Assembly: GCF_006345805.1 (NCBI RefSeq) | Contig: NC_043016.1 | Location: 11,160,001 to 11,224,000 of the forward strand | Source of the DNA: Octopus sinensis | Taxonomy: Eukaryota | DNA length: 64,000 nt | Direction: 5' to 3' | In this document: positions 1 to 12,830 of the stretch, in pieces | How positions within the stretch are numbered: position 1 is the stretch's first letter | Layout of the letters: each line of letters starts with the position of its first letter | Notes under the pieces: generated by a model | What the model saw: the letters and a program-made list of their open reading frames with translations, nothing else | Told to the model about the DNA's origin: nothing | Databases searched by the model: none | Program-made: the position numbers and the translations under genes

Positions 1-2700
1 TGCGGTTGATTTGTTCAACTAAAAAACCTTCATGGTGGTGCCCCAGCATGGCCACAGTCCAATGACTAAAACAAGTAAAAGATAAAAGATATACTGCGGT
101 TGATTTGTTCAACTAAAAACCTTCAAGGTGGTGCCCCAGCATGGCCACAGTCCAATGACTAAAACAAGTAAAAGATAAAAGATATACTGCGGTTGATTTG
201 TTCAACTAAAAAACCTTCATGGTGGTGCCCCAGCATGGCCACAGTCCAATGACTAAAACAAGTAAAAGATAAAAGATATACTGCGGTTGATTTGTTCAAC
301 TAAAACCCTTCAAGGTGGTGCCCCAGCATGGCCACAGTCCAATGACTGAAACAAGTAAAAGATAAAAGATATACTGGGATTGATTTGTTCAACTAAAACC
401 CTTCAAGGTGGTGCCCCAGCATGGCCACAGTCCAATGACTGAAAAAGTAAAAGATAAAAGATATACTGAGATTGATTTGTTCAACTAAAACCCTTCAAGG
501 TGGTGCCCCAGCATGGCCACAGTCCAATGACTGAAACAAGTAAAAGATAAAAGATATACTGGGATTGATTTGTTCAACTAAAACCCTTCAAGGTGGTGCC
601 CCAGCATGGCCAGAGTCCAATGACTGAAACAAGTAAATGATAAAAGATATACTGGGATTGATTTGTCCAACTAAAACCTTCAAGGTGGTGCCCCAGCATG
701 GCCACAGTCCAATGACTGAAACAAGTAAAAGAAAAAGATATACTGGGATTGATTTGTTCAACTAAAACCCTACAAGGTGGTGCCCCAGCAGCATGGCCAC
801 AGTCCAATGACTGAAACAAGTAAAAGAAAAGATATACTGAGATTGATTTGTTCAACTAAAACCCTTCAAGGTGGGCCCCAGCATGGCCACAGTCCAATGA
901 CTGAAACAAGTAAAAGATAAAAGATATACTGGGATTGATTTGTTCAACTAAAACCCTTCAAGGTGGTGCCCCAGCATGGCCACAGTCCAATGACTGAAAC
1001 AAGTAAAAGATAAAAGATATACTGAGATTGATTTGTTCAACTAAAACCCTTCAAGGTGGTGCCCCAGCATGGCCACAGTCCAATGACTGAAACAAGTAAA
1101 AGATAAAAGATATACTGGGATTGATTTGTTCAACTAAAACCCTTCAAGGTGGTGCCCCAGCATGGCCACAGTCCAATGACTGAAACAAGTAAAAGATAAA
1201 AGATATACTGAGATTGATTTGTTGAACTAAAACCCTTCAAGGTGGTGCCCCAGCATGGCCACAGTCCAATGACTGAAACAAGTAAAAGATATAGGATATA
1301 CTGGGATTGATTTGTTCAACAAAAAACCCTTCAAGGTGGTGCCCCAGCATGGCCACAGTCCAATGACTGAAACAAGTAAAAGATAATAGATATACTGGGA
1401 TTGATTTGTTCAACTAAAACCCTTCAAGGTGGTGCCCCAGCATGGCCACAGTCCAATGACTGAAACAAGTAAAAGATAAAAGATATACTGAGATTGATTT
1501 GTTGAACTAAAACCCTTCAAGGTGGTGCCCCAGCATGGCCACACAGTCCAATGACTGAAACAAGTAAAAGATATAGGATATACTGGGATTGATTTGTTCA
1601 ACTAAAACCCTTCAAGGTGGTGCCCCAGCATGGCCACAGTCCAAAGACTGAAACAAGTAAAAGATAAAAGATATACTGGGATTGATTTGTTCAACTAAAA
1701 CCCTTCAAGGTGGTGCCCCAGCATGGCCACAGTCCAATGACTGAAACAAGTAAAAGATAAAAGATATACTGAGATTGATTTGTTGAACTAAAACCCTTCA
1801 AGGTGGTGCCCCAGCATGGCCACAGTCCAATGACTGAAACAAGTAAAAGATATAGGATATACTGGGATTGATTTGTTCAACTAAAACCCTTCAAGGTGGT
1901 GCCCCAGCATGGCCACAGTCCAATGACTGAAACAAGTAAAAGATAAAAGATATACTGAGATTGATTTGTTCAACTAAAACCCTTCAAGGTGGTGCCCCAG
2001 CATGGCCACAGTCCAATGACTGAAACAAGTAAAAGATAAAAGATATACTGGGATTGATTTGTTCAACTAAAACCCTTCAAGGTGGTGCCCCAGCATGGCC
2101 ACAGTCCAATGACTGAAACAAGTAAAAGATAAAAGATATACTGAGATTGATTTGTTCAACTAAAACCCTTCAAGGTGGTGCCCCAGCATGGCCACAGTCC
2201 AATGACTGAAACAAGTAAAAGATAAAAGATATACTGGGATTGATTTGTTCAACTAAAACCCTTCAAGATGGTGCCCCAGCATGGCCACAGTCCAATGACT
2301 GAAACAAGTAAAAGATAAAAGATATACTGGGATTGATTTGTTCAACTAAAACCCTTCAGGTGGTGCCCCAGCATGGCACAGTCCAATGACTGAAACAAGT
2401 AAAAGATAAAAGATATACTGGGATTGATTTGTTCAACTAAAACCCTTCAAGGTGGTGCCCCAGCATGGCCACAGTCCAATGAGTGAAACAAGGAAAAGAT
2501 AAAAGATATACTGGGATTGATTTGTTCAAGTAAAACCATTCAAGGTGGTGCCCCAGCATGGCCACAGTCCAATGACTGAAACAAGTAAAAGATATAGGAT
2601 ATACTGGGATTGATTTGTTCAACTAAAACCCTTCAAGGTGGTGCCCCAGCATGGCCACAGTCTAAAAGCTGAGACCAATAAAAGATGAAAAACAAAAGAC
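1..2700 (+). repeat. Tandem array of about 93-bp units (29 copies counted, continues off the window start), each unit being the 3' tail of the local tRNA-derived SINE
   Basis: Unit tgggattgatttgttcaactaaaacccttcaaggtggtgccccagcatggccacagtccaatgactgaaacaagtaaaagataaaagatatac; 29 gccccagc cores counted; same sequence as the SINE 3' ends at about 8130-8200, 52970-53045 and 58910-58990. Confidence 0.95.
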
Positions 2701-3267
2701 ATTCAAAGAGTTTAATTTTCACTTATCTTTTGCTGTGATTACTGCTGATTAATTAATTGCTTGTTAATGGCAACTAAGAAGTTGATGAGACAAGTTTTGT
2801 GCAAACTTCTGGAATATTTTCAATATTTTGACAGACATGCTCTGACGCTTGACATAGTTTACAAATATGTTCTGTCAGCTAACATTCATGCACACACACA
2901 CACACACACACAGACACACACACACGCACACATACACACAGACACACACACTCACACACTCACACTCACACTCACACACACATAATATATCTGTGCATGT
3001 GTGTGTGTGTCTTCAGTTTTTAATCATTTAAATCCTTCCTCTAAAGAAGGAGCTGATTTCTTACAAAGATTACAAAGCTCCATCATCGGAATGTAGATAA
3101 CAAAAACAATGTCACATTTTAAACTTGATTGAGAAAGATCTCACATATTTTAACTGTTCCACTTACACATTCTATTTGTAATGTGCAAGTTGGTTGGTTT
3201 CTGATGAAAATCCAAGCTTATCCACACTGTTAGTTAGGCATTTACTTACAAAACCAAGTGTGCCAAT

Positions 3268-3648
3268 TATTCTTTTCTACTCTAGGCACAAGGCCTGAAA
3301 TTTTGGGGAAGAGGACCAGTCAATTAAATCGACCCCAGTATGCAAATGGTACTTTATTTATCTATCCCAAAAGGATGAAAGGCAAAGTCGAACTCAGCAG
3401 AATTTGAACTCAGAGCATAAAGACAGACAAAATACGGGGCTAAACACAGAGGGGACAAACTAAGACAGACAAATGGATTAAGTTGATTACATCGACCCCA
3501 GTGCGTAACCGGTACTTAATTTATTGACCCCGAAAGGATGAAAGGCAAAGTCGACCTCGGTGGAATTTGAACTCAGAGCATAAAGACAGACAAAATACTG
3601 CTAAGCATTTCACCCGGCATACTAATGTTTCTGCCAGCTTGTCGCCTT
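3268..3648 (-). mobile_element. Two overlapping Nin-domain tRNA-derived SINE fragments
   Basis: Reverse complement of gagttcaaattcc...gactttgcctttcatcctttcggggtcgataaattaagtacc occurs twice. Confidence 0.8.
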
Positions 3649-3649
3649 C

Positions 3650-4005
3650 AAGTGCACCAATTATTGTTGGTATAAATGTAAATGTAAATTTGTAATCTAG
3701 ATATAGAAGCTGGAGGCTTTGAAGCAGCCATGTCCATAGTTATCTTCTTTCTCCTTCATTTTCAAAGAGATATTCACATCAGCAGGGCAGCGGACATCTA
3801 CGATGGTACATCCTTTTTCTTTTCTGTCCCAAATAACAATATCTGGCCTGTTATGCTTACACTTGACAGATGCCTTGATGGAAGTATTCCTTGTTCAGAT
3901 ATTTGTGTACGTATTCAATAACAGGGGTGATTCTCTATATTTATTCCAAGACAGTCTTTCTCCCAAATGGCATTGTTATATTGTTTTTGTGACAACATCA
4001 TGTCA
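3650..4005 (-). mobile_element. Degenerate non-LTR retrotransposon C-terminus with restriction-like endonuclease (RLE; HERO/NeSL/R4-type)
   Basis: Manual minus-strand translation with frameshifts: (R)HDVVTKTI..NAI...SIKASVKCKHNRPDIVIWDRKEKGCTIVDVRCPADVNISLKMKEKEDNY...LQLLYLDYKFTFTFIPTIIGAL, i.e. the RHD end of the CCHC motif plus the PD-(D/E)xK nuclease. Confidence 0.85.
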
Positions 4006-4077
4006 CACAGGCCATCCAAGCCATACCAACACTGTCCAACCCAAGCCAGCACGGACAGCAGATGTTAAACAATGATG

Positions 4078-4119
<42 letters not shown>

Positions 4120-4502
4120 TAGATTAGATAGATAGATAGATAGATAGATATAGATATAGATAGATAAATAGACAGATAAATAGATGGATGGAGAGAGAGA
4201 GAGATGTGTGTGTATGTATGCATTTTTGTGTCTGCGTTTGTCCTTCACCACCACTTGACAACTAGTGCTGGTTGTTTAGGTTCCATAACTTAGTGGTTAT
4301 GCAAAAGATATCAACAGAATGAGTCTCAGACTTAAAGAAAGAAAACTAATAAATAGGGTTAATTTGCTCAGCTAAACCTTTTCTGGTGGTATCCCAGCAT
4401 GGCCGTGCTCCAATCACTAAAACAAATAAAAGAATAAAGGAAAAGAAGAAAGGAATATCATGCCCAAATTATGATGACCAATTTTTTTAAAGACAAAAGG
4501 GT

Positions 4503-4973
4503 TTAATCCTTTCAATACCAACCTGGCTGAAACCACTTCTCACTCCGTAGTACAAATGTCTTGTTTACAAAAGTTCTTAATTAAAATCTTCTATTAAACC
4601 TTAGTCACAATTAATGTTCCTAACACAAGCTTAATGATTACTAAGTTATTTTACTGAATTCTTTGTTATATTTGAAATAGTTGAAAGAAACTCTGAGCAT
4701 CTCAACAGAAATATGGTAACAAAAGGGTTAAAATATAACAATTCTTAACCCTTTCATTACCAACCTGACTGAAACTGCCTCTGGCTCTGAGTACAAATGT
4801 CCTGTTTGCATAAGTTTTGAATTAAAATCTTCCACCAAACCTTAGTCACAATTTATGTTCCTAACACTAGCTTAATGATAACTAATTTATTTTACTAAAT
4901 TCTTTGTTATATTTAAAATTAATTGAAAGAAACACAGAGCATCTCAACTGAAATACAGTAACGAAAGGGTTAA
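4503..4973. mobile_element. Two tandem ~229-bp TTAA-flanked (piggyBac-like) MITEs
   Basis: Copies at 4503-4731 and 4745-4973, each TTAA-(t/c)cctt...aaggg-TTAA, separated by a 13-bp spacer. Confidence 0.85.
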
Positions 4974-5775
4974 TCTAATGGTAACTTAGCTGCTATTTCT
5001 TCCATGCTGAGTGCCTGTATAGGGTCCCCTCCACCTCAAATCATTGGACCTGAAATCTAGCAACAAGGGGCAAGCATCAAGGAATCATAGTTTGAACAGT
5101 ACGTCCAAGTTTCAGTACAGCAAATTAAAAAAACAGAAAATAGAAGTAAAAGAAAAAAAGAAAAAAACCTTAGCATAGTTTGTTCTATCTTTTGCAGATT
5201 CCTTACTAATGTCCCACTGCCATATGAGGATATAATTCGAACCTAAAAGTGTTCAATAAAACCTAAACATTAAACAATGATGAATTCTTTGATACCACGG
5301 TTTTTTTATTTCATTATTTCTAACCAAAAGAAATCTGTATGTTGCCATTTTGGAAAAAAATTTATCGATGATTCTGGGAACAGTTTTACAATTCAATCTA
5401 TACATGTGAGCAGAACCTTCGTTAGCTCATAAATTCTGCAATATTTGCTTAGTGATTTTTTTTTTCTTTCTATTCTTTTTCTTTGTATTCTTTTGTTTGC
5501 TTTTTTCTTTCTTTTTTTGCTTATTTTCCGATCATATATATATATATTTAGTGTGTGTTTGTGTATACGTATGTGTGAATATATATATATATATATAATA
5601 TATATATATTATATACACACATATATATATACACATATATATATATATATACCAATATATATACACATATATATATATACACATATGCATATATATATAC
5701 ATATATATATACACATACATATATATATATACATGTATATACACATATATATGTGTATATATATACGTATATGAC

Positions 5776-5812
<37 letters not shown>

Positions 5813-6219
5813 GTCATATATGTATATATGACATATGTATATATGTCTATATATATATATATATATTATATATATATATATATATATTAATCCCCTCTGT
5901 AAGAGGCTAATAGTTGCATATTTATCTGCATCTACTGCACATTATGGAAATCATTCAAACGGCAAAATGCATAAATAGATAAATAGACAAAAAGAAAAAG
6001 ACAAACAAATAAATAAATGTGTGAAAGATGTAGTATTTTGGTGTTTGTCTCTTCGTTTTGCTTTTTATGCTTTTTTTTTTAATTCTGTTTTCTTTTCCTT
6101 TTGGTTTTCTTTTGTTTTCTTTATTCTATGTGGCATTTGTTATTAAACAAAATGTCATTATGACATATAACAAATATCAGACTCAGATAATAGGTTAAAG
6201 TTAGGAAGAATAAAAAAAA

Positions 6220-6251
<32 letters not shown>

Positions 6252-6285
6252 GGCCACCACCACCACCACCACCACCACCACCACC

Positions 6286-6317
<32 letters not shown>

Positions 6318-6357
6318 GGCCACCACCAAAACCACCACCACCACCACCACCACCACA

Positions 6358-6391
<34 letters not shown>

Positions 6392-6764
6392 AGAAGCTGT
6401 ATATTGACTAATTGCCATTGCTGCTACTGTTGCTACTACCACTACTACTGCTTCTGCCATCCCCACCATCACCACCACCACCACCACCACTACTTCAAGA
6501 GTTTTAGTCAATCATATTGACCCCAATACGTGTTTCAGTCTCTCATTTTATCAATCTATAAATGTATGCACACACATATATATATATATGTATATGTATA
6601 TATAAATATAATGTATGTGTATATGTATATATAACCTCTACATGTATATATACACGCATATATGAGTACAGGACACCAAAAAAACGTCGAACACAATGAG
6701 AAACGAAAACATAGACACAAACCCAAGGAACTAGACAAGGGTTTTTAAACAACAAAAAAATAGA

Positions 6765-6853
<89 letters not shown>

Positions 6854-6861
6854 GTTTATGC

Positions 6862-6914
<53 letters not shown>

Positions 6915-6972
6915 TATATGTGTATATATGTATATATATATATATGTGTTTGTGTGTATGCATATAGATATA

Positions 6973-7014
<42 letters not shown>

Positions 7015-7800
7015 TGTTTATATATGTATGTATATATGTATTTATGCATGTATATGCATTCATACATAAATGTGTATGCGTTAGACACAGACGTATTATC
7101 AATTGATATTTGTTGAATCCTTTAGTTACAGAAACACAGAGACAGAAACAAACATAAACAGCAACGGTTTTTAGACTATAAACAAAAAATGCAGACACAG
7201 ACACACACGCACACTTACACACACATACACATGCACATGCACACACACACACACACTCATGCACACACACTAGTGCACTGTGCATATGTGTATGTGTGTG
7301 TGTGTGTGTTTGTGTGCGTGTATGTTGACAGGCTTCTGAATAGTTTCCATCAGCCAAATTCCATTGGTCAATCTACATATTTATAATATAAACTTCTTAA
7401 GCATACACTTTATTACAGTACAGTTCTTTGTCAAGGCACAACTCCAAAATAACTCCTTTACACATATTCTTTCTGGGATGAAATCCTAGATTTTTTTCTG
7501 TTTCGAGCTGAGTCTACTGGAAGATGTTCTAGAGAGAGAGAGACGAATAACGAAATGGTTTGATGATATCCATAGTTTCAGTCAATCATGCTTGTGAATC
7601 CAACCATAAAATCTAATGACAGTTGCTTCTGACAGGACCCTATAGAAGGGGGTGCTTGAGGACTCTCCCTACCCACAGCTCTCACAGGGAAACTGGATGA
7701 AGAGCAGGATGGATGGAATGAAACACACCCTTCTTCAAGCTAGCCTCATAGCATTATTTAAACTTAGCACTACAAGTTAAAAAAATATTTGTCAATCACA

Positions 7801-8201
7801 GGCGCAGGAGTGGCTGTGTGGTAAGTAGCTTGCTAACCAACCACATGGTTCCGGGTTCAGTCCCACTGCGTGGCACCTTGGGCAAGTGTCTTCTACTATA
7901 GCCTCAAGCCGACCAATGCCTTGTGAGTGGATTTGGTAGACGGAAACTGAAAGAAGCCTGTCGTATATATGTATATATATATATATGTGTGTGTGTTTGT
8001 GTGTCTGTGTTTGTCCCCCTAGCATTGCTTGACAACCGATGCTGGTGTGTTTACGTCCCCGTCACTTAGCGGTTCGGCAAAAGAAACCGATAGAATAAGT
8101 ACTGGGCTTACAAAGAATAAGTCCCGGGTCCATTTCCTCGACTTAAGGCGGTGCTCCAGCATGGCTGCAGTCAAATGACCGAAAGAAGTAAAAGAATAAG
8201 A
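7801..8201 (+). mobile_element. Full-length tRNA-derived CORE-type SINE
   Basis: A-box-like ggctgtgtggtaag, B-box-like ggttcagtcc, CORE-like gtggcaccttgggcaagtgtctt, internal microsatellite, 3' tail ccagcatggctgcagtcaaatgac. Confidence 0.9.
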
Positions 8202-8332
8202 GTGATGTAGTTTTGTTAAGCTTTCAGCATTGTTAGAAACTTTCTTCATTTTCCTTTTCTTTTTCTAAAAATATTTGTTGTTTTCACACAACTAAGGCTG
8301 GTCCTTAAGGAGATAATTTGCTCCAAACCATA

Positions 8333-8730
8333 TCTTTATATATAAAAGAGAAGTTGTGTGTCTGTCTCCTACGATTTAGATTCCTAACTACTCCCACATT
8401 TTGCAGTGCTGTTTAACCAAAACCGGGTATCTTATAGTCGTGATTCATATCGGGCCCTTCTGGGTATTAACGTGCGTCTACGATGAGTCTACGATTTAAA
8501 AAAAAATTTAACATCATTTTTTCCATTTTAATGCATTTTTTCGCTATTATATAAGGGAAGTAACTCTCTAAAAATGTCTACGATGAGTCAACGATTTAAA
8601 AAAAAAATTTACCATAATTTTTTTTCCATTTTTAATGCATTTTTTTGCTATTTTTTGGCTATAACTCTCTAAAAATGCTTATATAGTTATTTCCCTTACA
8701 AACCCGAGCAACGCCGGGCGATACTGCTAG
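8333..8730 (+). mobile_element. Non-autonomous Helitron, 398 bp
   Basis: A|TCTTTATATATAAAA 5' end, cccgagcaacgccggg hairpin at 8703-8718, CTAG|T 3' end, no TSD, internal ~100-bp tandem duplication. Confidence 0.85.
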
Positions 8731-9044
8731 TTCTTTATAATATGATTTTCTGAGACATCACTTTGGTAGAAGAAAAGTTAAAACCTCAGACAAAACATCC
8801 TGCATTATTTTTTCCAGTTTTTTTGCCTTCCCATTTCATTTCCCACTGGGGTCAGTTTTGCTTATATCTGTCCAGGCTCAATAAATAAAAAGAGCAGGCA
8901 TGGCTGTGTGGTTAAGAAGCATGGTCTCAGGTTCTGTACCAATGTACTGCACTTTTGGCAAGTGTCTTCTACTATTGCCCCAGGCTGGCCAATGGCATGC
9001 GAATGGATTTGGTAGATGGAAACTGTGTGTGTATGTGTTTCTTT

Positions 9045-9265
9045 ATTAACCACAAGGGGCTAAACATTGAGGGGACAAACAAGGACAGACAAACGAATTA
9101 AGTCGATTACATCGACCCCAGTGCGTAACTGGTACTTAATTTATCGACACCGAAAGGATGAAAGGCAAAGTCAACCTCAGCGGAATTTGAACTCAGAACG
9201 TAGCGGCAGACGAAATACGGCTACGCATTTCGCCCGGCGTGCTAACGTTTCTGCCAGCTCACCGC
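9045..9265 (-). mobile_element. Nin-domain SINE (preceded by a CORE-SINE 5' half at about 8895-9030 on +)
   Basis: Close match to the other copies at 21760, 41720 and 51530. Confidence 0.85.
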
Positions 9266-9349
9266 TGTGTGTGTGTATGTAGATATGTAAGTGTGTGTGT
9301 GTGTGTGTATACACACACACAAATATATATGTACATTATATTTATATTT

Positions 9350-9617
9350 ATAACTGTATAATAATATTTCATAATAATATTTTATATTCCAATTTGAAGC
9401 GACAATATACAAATGCAAAAAAAGTTATTGAATTCGACCAAAATTGATGGATGAGTGTTTAGCCTAATTGGATGTGCAAGGAGCCATTTTAGCGTTGATT
9501 TGTGGGTTCAATCCTGACTGGGGTTAGCTCATCATGTTTCAGTCATTTTTTTGTATTTATAAATTGTCGCTTCAAATCAGAGAATAAAATGTTATTGATG
9601 TATTATTATACAGCTAT
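9350..9617. mobile_element. MITE-like element with ~70-bp imperfect TIRs and an internal tRNA-like segment
   Basis: tttgaagcgacaat / attgtcgcttcaaa inverted arms; TAGCCTAATTGG (9461) and GGTTCAATCC (9505) resemble pol III A and B boxes. Confidence 0.55.
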
Positions 9618-9686
9618 TATTATACTAAGAAACATCCATAGTAGCTTTCTTTCCATAACTTACAAAGCCTTCTGTGTTTGTTTACA

Positions 9687-9723
<37 letters not shown>

Positions 9724-9745
9724 TGATTACATGTATATATATATC

Positions 9746-10830
9746 TCGTCGTCGTTTAACATCCGCTTTCCATGCTGGCATGGTTTGGATGGGTTGACTG
9801 AGGGCTGGTGAGCCAGAAGGCTGTCCTAGGCTCCAATCTGATCTGGCAAAGTTTCTACAGATGGATGCCCTTCCTAATGCTAACCACTCCAAAAGTGTAG
9901 TAGGTGCTTTTATGTGCCACTGGTACAAGGGCCAGTCAGGCTGTACTGTCATTGGCCATGACAAAGATTTCACTCGCCTCAACAGGTCTTCACAAGTGGA
10001 GACTATTGCCCGATGATTGAAGGGTACTCTTAAATGGGCTGCTTATGCAACACTGGCATGGTTATAGTTTCACTTGACTTGCCAGGTCTTCTCAAGCACA
10101 GCATATCTCCAAAGGTCTCAGTCACTTGTCATTGCCTCGGTAAGGCCCAATGTTCGAAGGTCATGCTTCACCACCTCATCTCAGGTTTTCCTGAGTCTAC
10201 TTCTTCTACAAATTCCCTCAACTGCTAGGGTATGACATTTTTCACATAGCTGTCCTCACCTTTTTGCAACACATGACCATACCAGTGCAGTCATCTTTCT
10301 TGCATGCCACATCTGATGCTTCTTAGGTCCAACTTTTCTCTCTGGGTGCTTACACTCTGTCAAGTATGCACACTGACATTACACATCCAGCGGAGCATAC
10401 TGGCTTCATTCCTTGCAAGCTTATGCATGTCCTCAGCAGTCACAGCCCATATTGCATGGATGTTCGCACACATGCATCATACAGTCTACCTTTTACTCTG
10501 AGCAAGAGGCCCATTGTCACCAGCAGATGTAGGAGCTCTCTGAACTTTTCCCAGGCTATTCTTATTCTAGCAGCTACACTTTCAGAGCATCCACCCCCAC
10601 TATTGAATTGGTCACCTCGGTAATTGAAGCTATCAACTACTTGTAGTTTTTCCCCCTGGAATGTGATGGAAGCTATTCTCTGCACACTTTCAGTGTTTAT
10701 TGTCCTTGAGCATTTGCTACACACAAAAACTATCTTCCCAGTTAGCCTTCCATTGATGTTGCTGCACCTCTTATGTGTCTATAGCTTACACTGGGTACAT
10801 CTTGTGGAGTTTCTACCAACGCCTTTTCGA
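9746..10830 (-). mobile_element. 5'-truncated RTE-clade LINE (post-RT coding region plus 3' UTR)
   Basis: ORF 10440-10724: GEKLQVVDSFNYRGDQFNSGGGCSESVAARIRIAWEKFRELL...VKGRLYDACVR, typical of the RTE thumb/C-terminal region; ends in the family 3' UTR with (gat/gac)n tail. Confidence 0.9.
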
Positions 10831-10854
10831 TATGTATGTGTGTGTGTACCTCTC

Positions 10855-10958
<104 letters not shown>

Positions 10959-10959
10959 G

Positions 10960-11125
10960 TAATTTATAGAAAAACAAAAGACAAAGACAGTTGTATGAAC
11001 AATAAGCAAGTGTATTACTTTGACACTCAGGAAAAATGAAAAAGTCTTTTACATTTTGAGCTTACGCTCTTCAGCAGAAAGGAATAAGAGAAAATAAGCA
11101 GAGAGAGAATGAAAAAAATCTGCTT
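10960..11125 (-). mobile_element. Short Penelope-type non-autonomous element with decayed hammerhead motif (11046-11081)
   Basis: Minus strand cttt-CTGCTGA-a-gagc-gtaa-gctc-AAAATGTA-aaag; homologous copies at about 26845-27005 and 62845-63010. Confidence 0.65.
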
Positions 11126-11130
11126 GGAGC

Positions 11131-11457
11131 TTTTAGTCGAATGAATCAACGCCAGCACTTGTTTTTTAAGTATGGTACTTATTCTGTTGGGCTCTTTTGC
11201 TGAACCACTAAGTTACGGGGTTGTAAACACACCAACACCAATTGTCAATTAGTGATGGGGGGACAAACACAGACACACACATACACATATATATGACGGG
11301 CTTCTTTCAGTTTTCACCTACCAAATCCTTTCACAAGGCTTTCGCTGACCTGAGGCTATAGTAAAAGACACTGGCCCAAGGTGCCATGCAGTGGGACTGA
11401 ACCCAGGACCATGTGATTGGGAAAGAACCTTCTTACCACACAGTTATTCCTGCACCT
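11131..11457 (-). mobile_element. CORE-type SINE
   Basis: Reverse complement of the 7801 element. Confidence 0.85.
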
Positions 11458-11610
11458 TTATATATATATACACATACATACATCTGCATGTATGTGTGCG
11501 TTTTCGTGCTTGTATTTTTCTTCTACCATTGTCTGACAACTGGTGTTGGTGTGTTTACATCCCCATAACTTAGTGTTTCTGCAAAAGAGAACAATAGAGT
11601 AAGAATCAGG

Positions 11611-12313
11611 TTTTAACCTTTCTGTTACCATATTTCTGTTGAGATGTTCTGTGTTTCTTTCAATTAATTTTAAATATAACAAAGAATTTAGTAAAATAAC
11701 TTACTTATGATTAAGCTAGTGTCAGGAACATAAACTGTGATTAAGGTTTGGTGGAAGATTTTATTCAAATTTGTACTACAAAGCCAGAGCAGGTTGGTAT
11801 CTAAAGAGTTAAGAATTCTTTCTCAATTATATATGTTAACACGTTTGTTACCATGTTTCTGTTGAGATGTTCTGTGTTTCATTCAATCAATTTTAAATAT
11901 AACAAAGAATTTAGTAAAATAACTTAGTTATCATTAAGCTAGTGTTAGGAACATAAATTGTGACTAAGGTTTGGTGGAAGATTTTAATTCAGAACTTTTG
12001 AAAACAAGACATTTGTACTACAGAGCCAGAGGTGGTTTCAGCCAGAATGGTATCGAAAGGGTTAAGAATTCTCTATTATATATTTTAATCCTTTTGTTAC
12101 CATATTTCTGTTGAGATGTTCTGTGTTTCTTTCAATCAATTTTAAATATAACAAAGAATTTAGTAAAATAACTTATTTATCATTAAGCTAGTGTTAGGAA
12201 CATAAATTATGACTAAGGTTTGGTGGAAGATTTTAATTGAGAACTTTTGAAAACATGACATTTGTACTACAGAGCCAGAGGCTGTTTCAGACAAGTTGGT
12301 ATCAAAAGGGTTA
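11611..12313. mobile_element. Three tandem copies of the TTAA MITE seen at 4503, in opposite orientation
   Basis: Units bounded by ttaa at about 11611, 11809-11812/11836-11839, 12062-12065/12085-12088 and 12310-12313; first copy internally deleted. Confidence 0.85.
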
Positions 12314-12602
12314 AGAATTAAATAAGTACTGTGGTTGAATCATTTGACTAAAACAACTTCATGGAAGTGCCCCAGCATGGCCACAGTTTAATGAATGAAA
12401 CAAGAAAAAGATAAAGGGGAAAAGATAATCAATGTAGAACCATAAACAGGATAGATTGTTAGAGTACCAAAAGAGACATGTTGTGATATTTGTTCTAATT
12501 CCTTGCATTCTGAGTTCAAATCATGTAACCTGTTTGGATGTTTGACTGAATTCCTCAGTTTAGAGCCCCAGTTTAGCACCAATGCCTTGCCACTGAATAC
12601 CC

Positions 12603-12830
12603 TTAACCCTTTAGTACTCAGATTATTTTATCAAATGTAATGCTTATTTAATCACACTGCTTTTAATTAATCATGCATTTCCCTGTAACTTTGCCATTTT
12701 GATGATGTGGCTGCGTATTTTTAGAACGACATTGTAGGATTGGTACAAGAGGCTGGATCTGGCTGGTTTGAACATAAAAGAGGTATAATATTTGAGCCAG
12801 ACATAGCTGGTTTAAATACTAAAAGGTTAA
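12603..12830. mobile_element. Second TTAA-flanked MITE family
   Basis: TTAA-ccctttag...ctaaaagg-TTAA; related sequence at 21471-22188, 58398-58560 and 59930-60140. Confidence 0.8.

Noticed and set aside
1-2700. Regular repeat array as CRISPR, and ORFs 574-855, 1410-1601 and 2437-2622 as genes
   Set aside because: Units are contiguous with no unique spacers, no cas genes are present and the context is eukaryotic; the ORFs are repeat read-through.
3040-3095. Minus-strand CCGATGA...GAAATCAGC as a hammerhead
   Set aside because: No credible stem II or stem III.
5445-7386. Long YI/HT/VC-rich ORFs here and throughout the track (e.g. 37109-37711, 39494-40295, 55285-55859, 62261-63961)
   Set aside because: They are translations of (TA)n, (CA)n and (TATG)n microsatellites with no splice or domain support.
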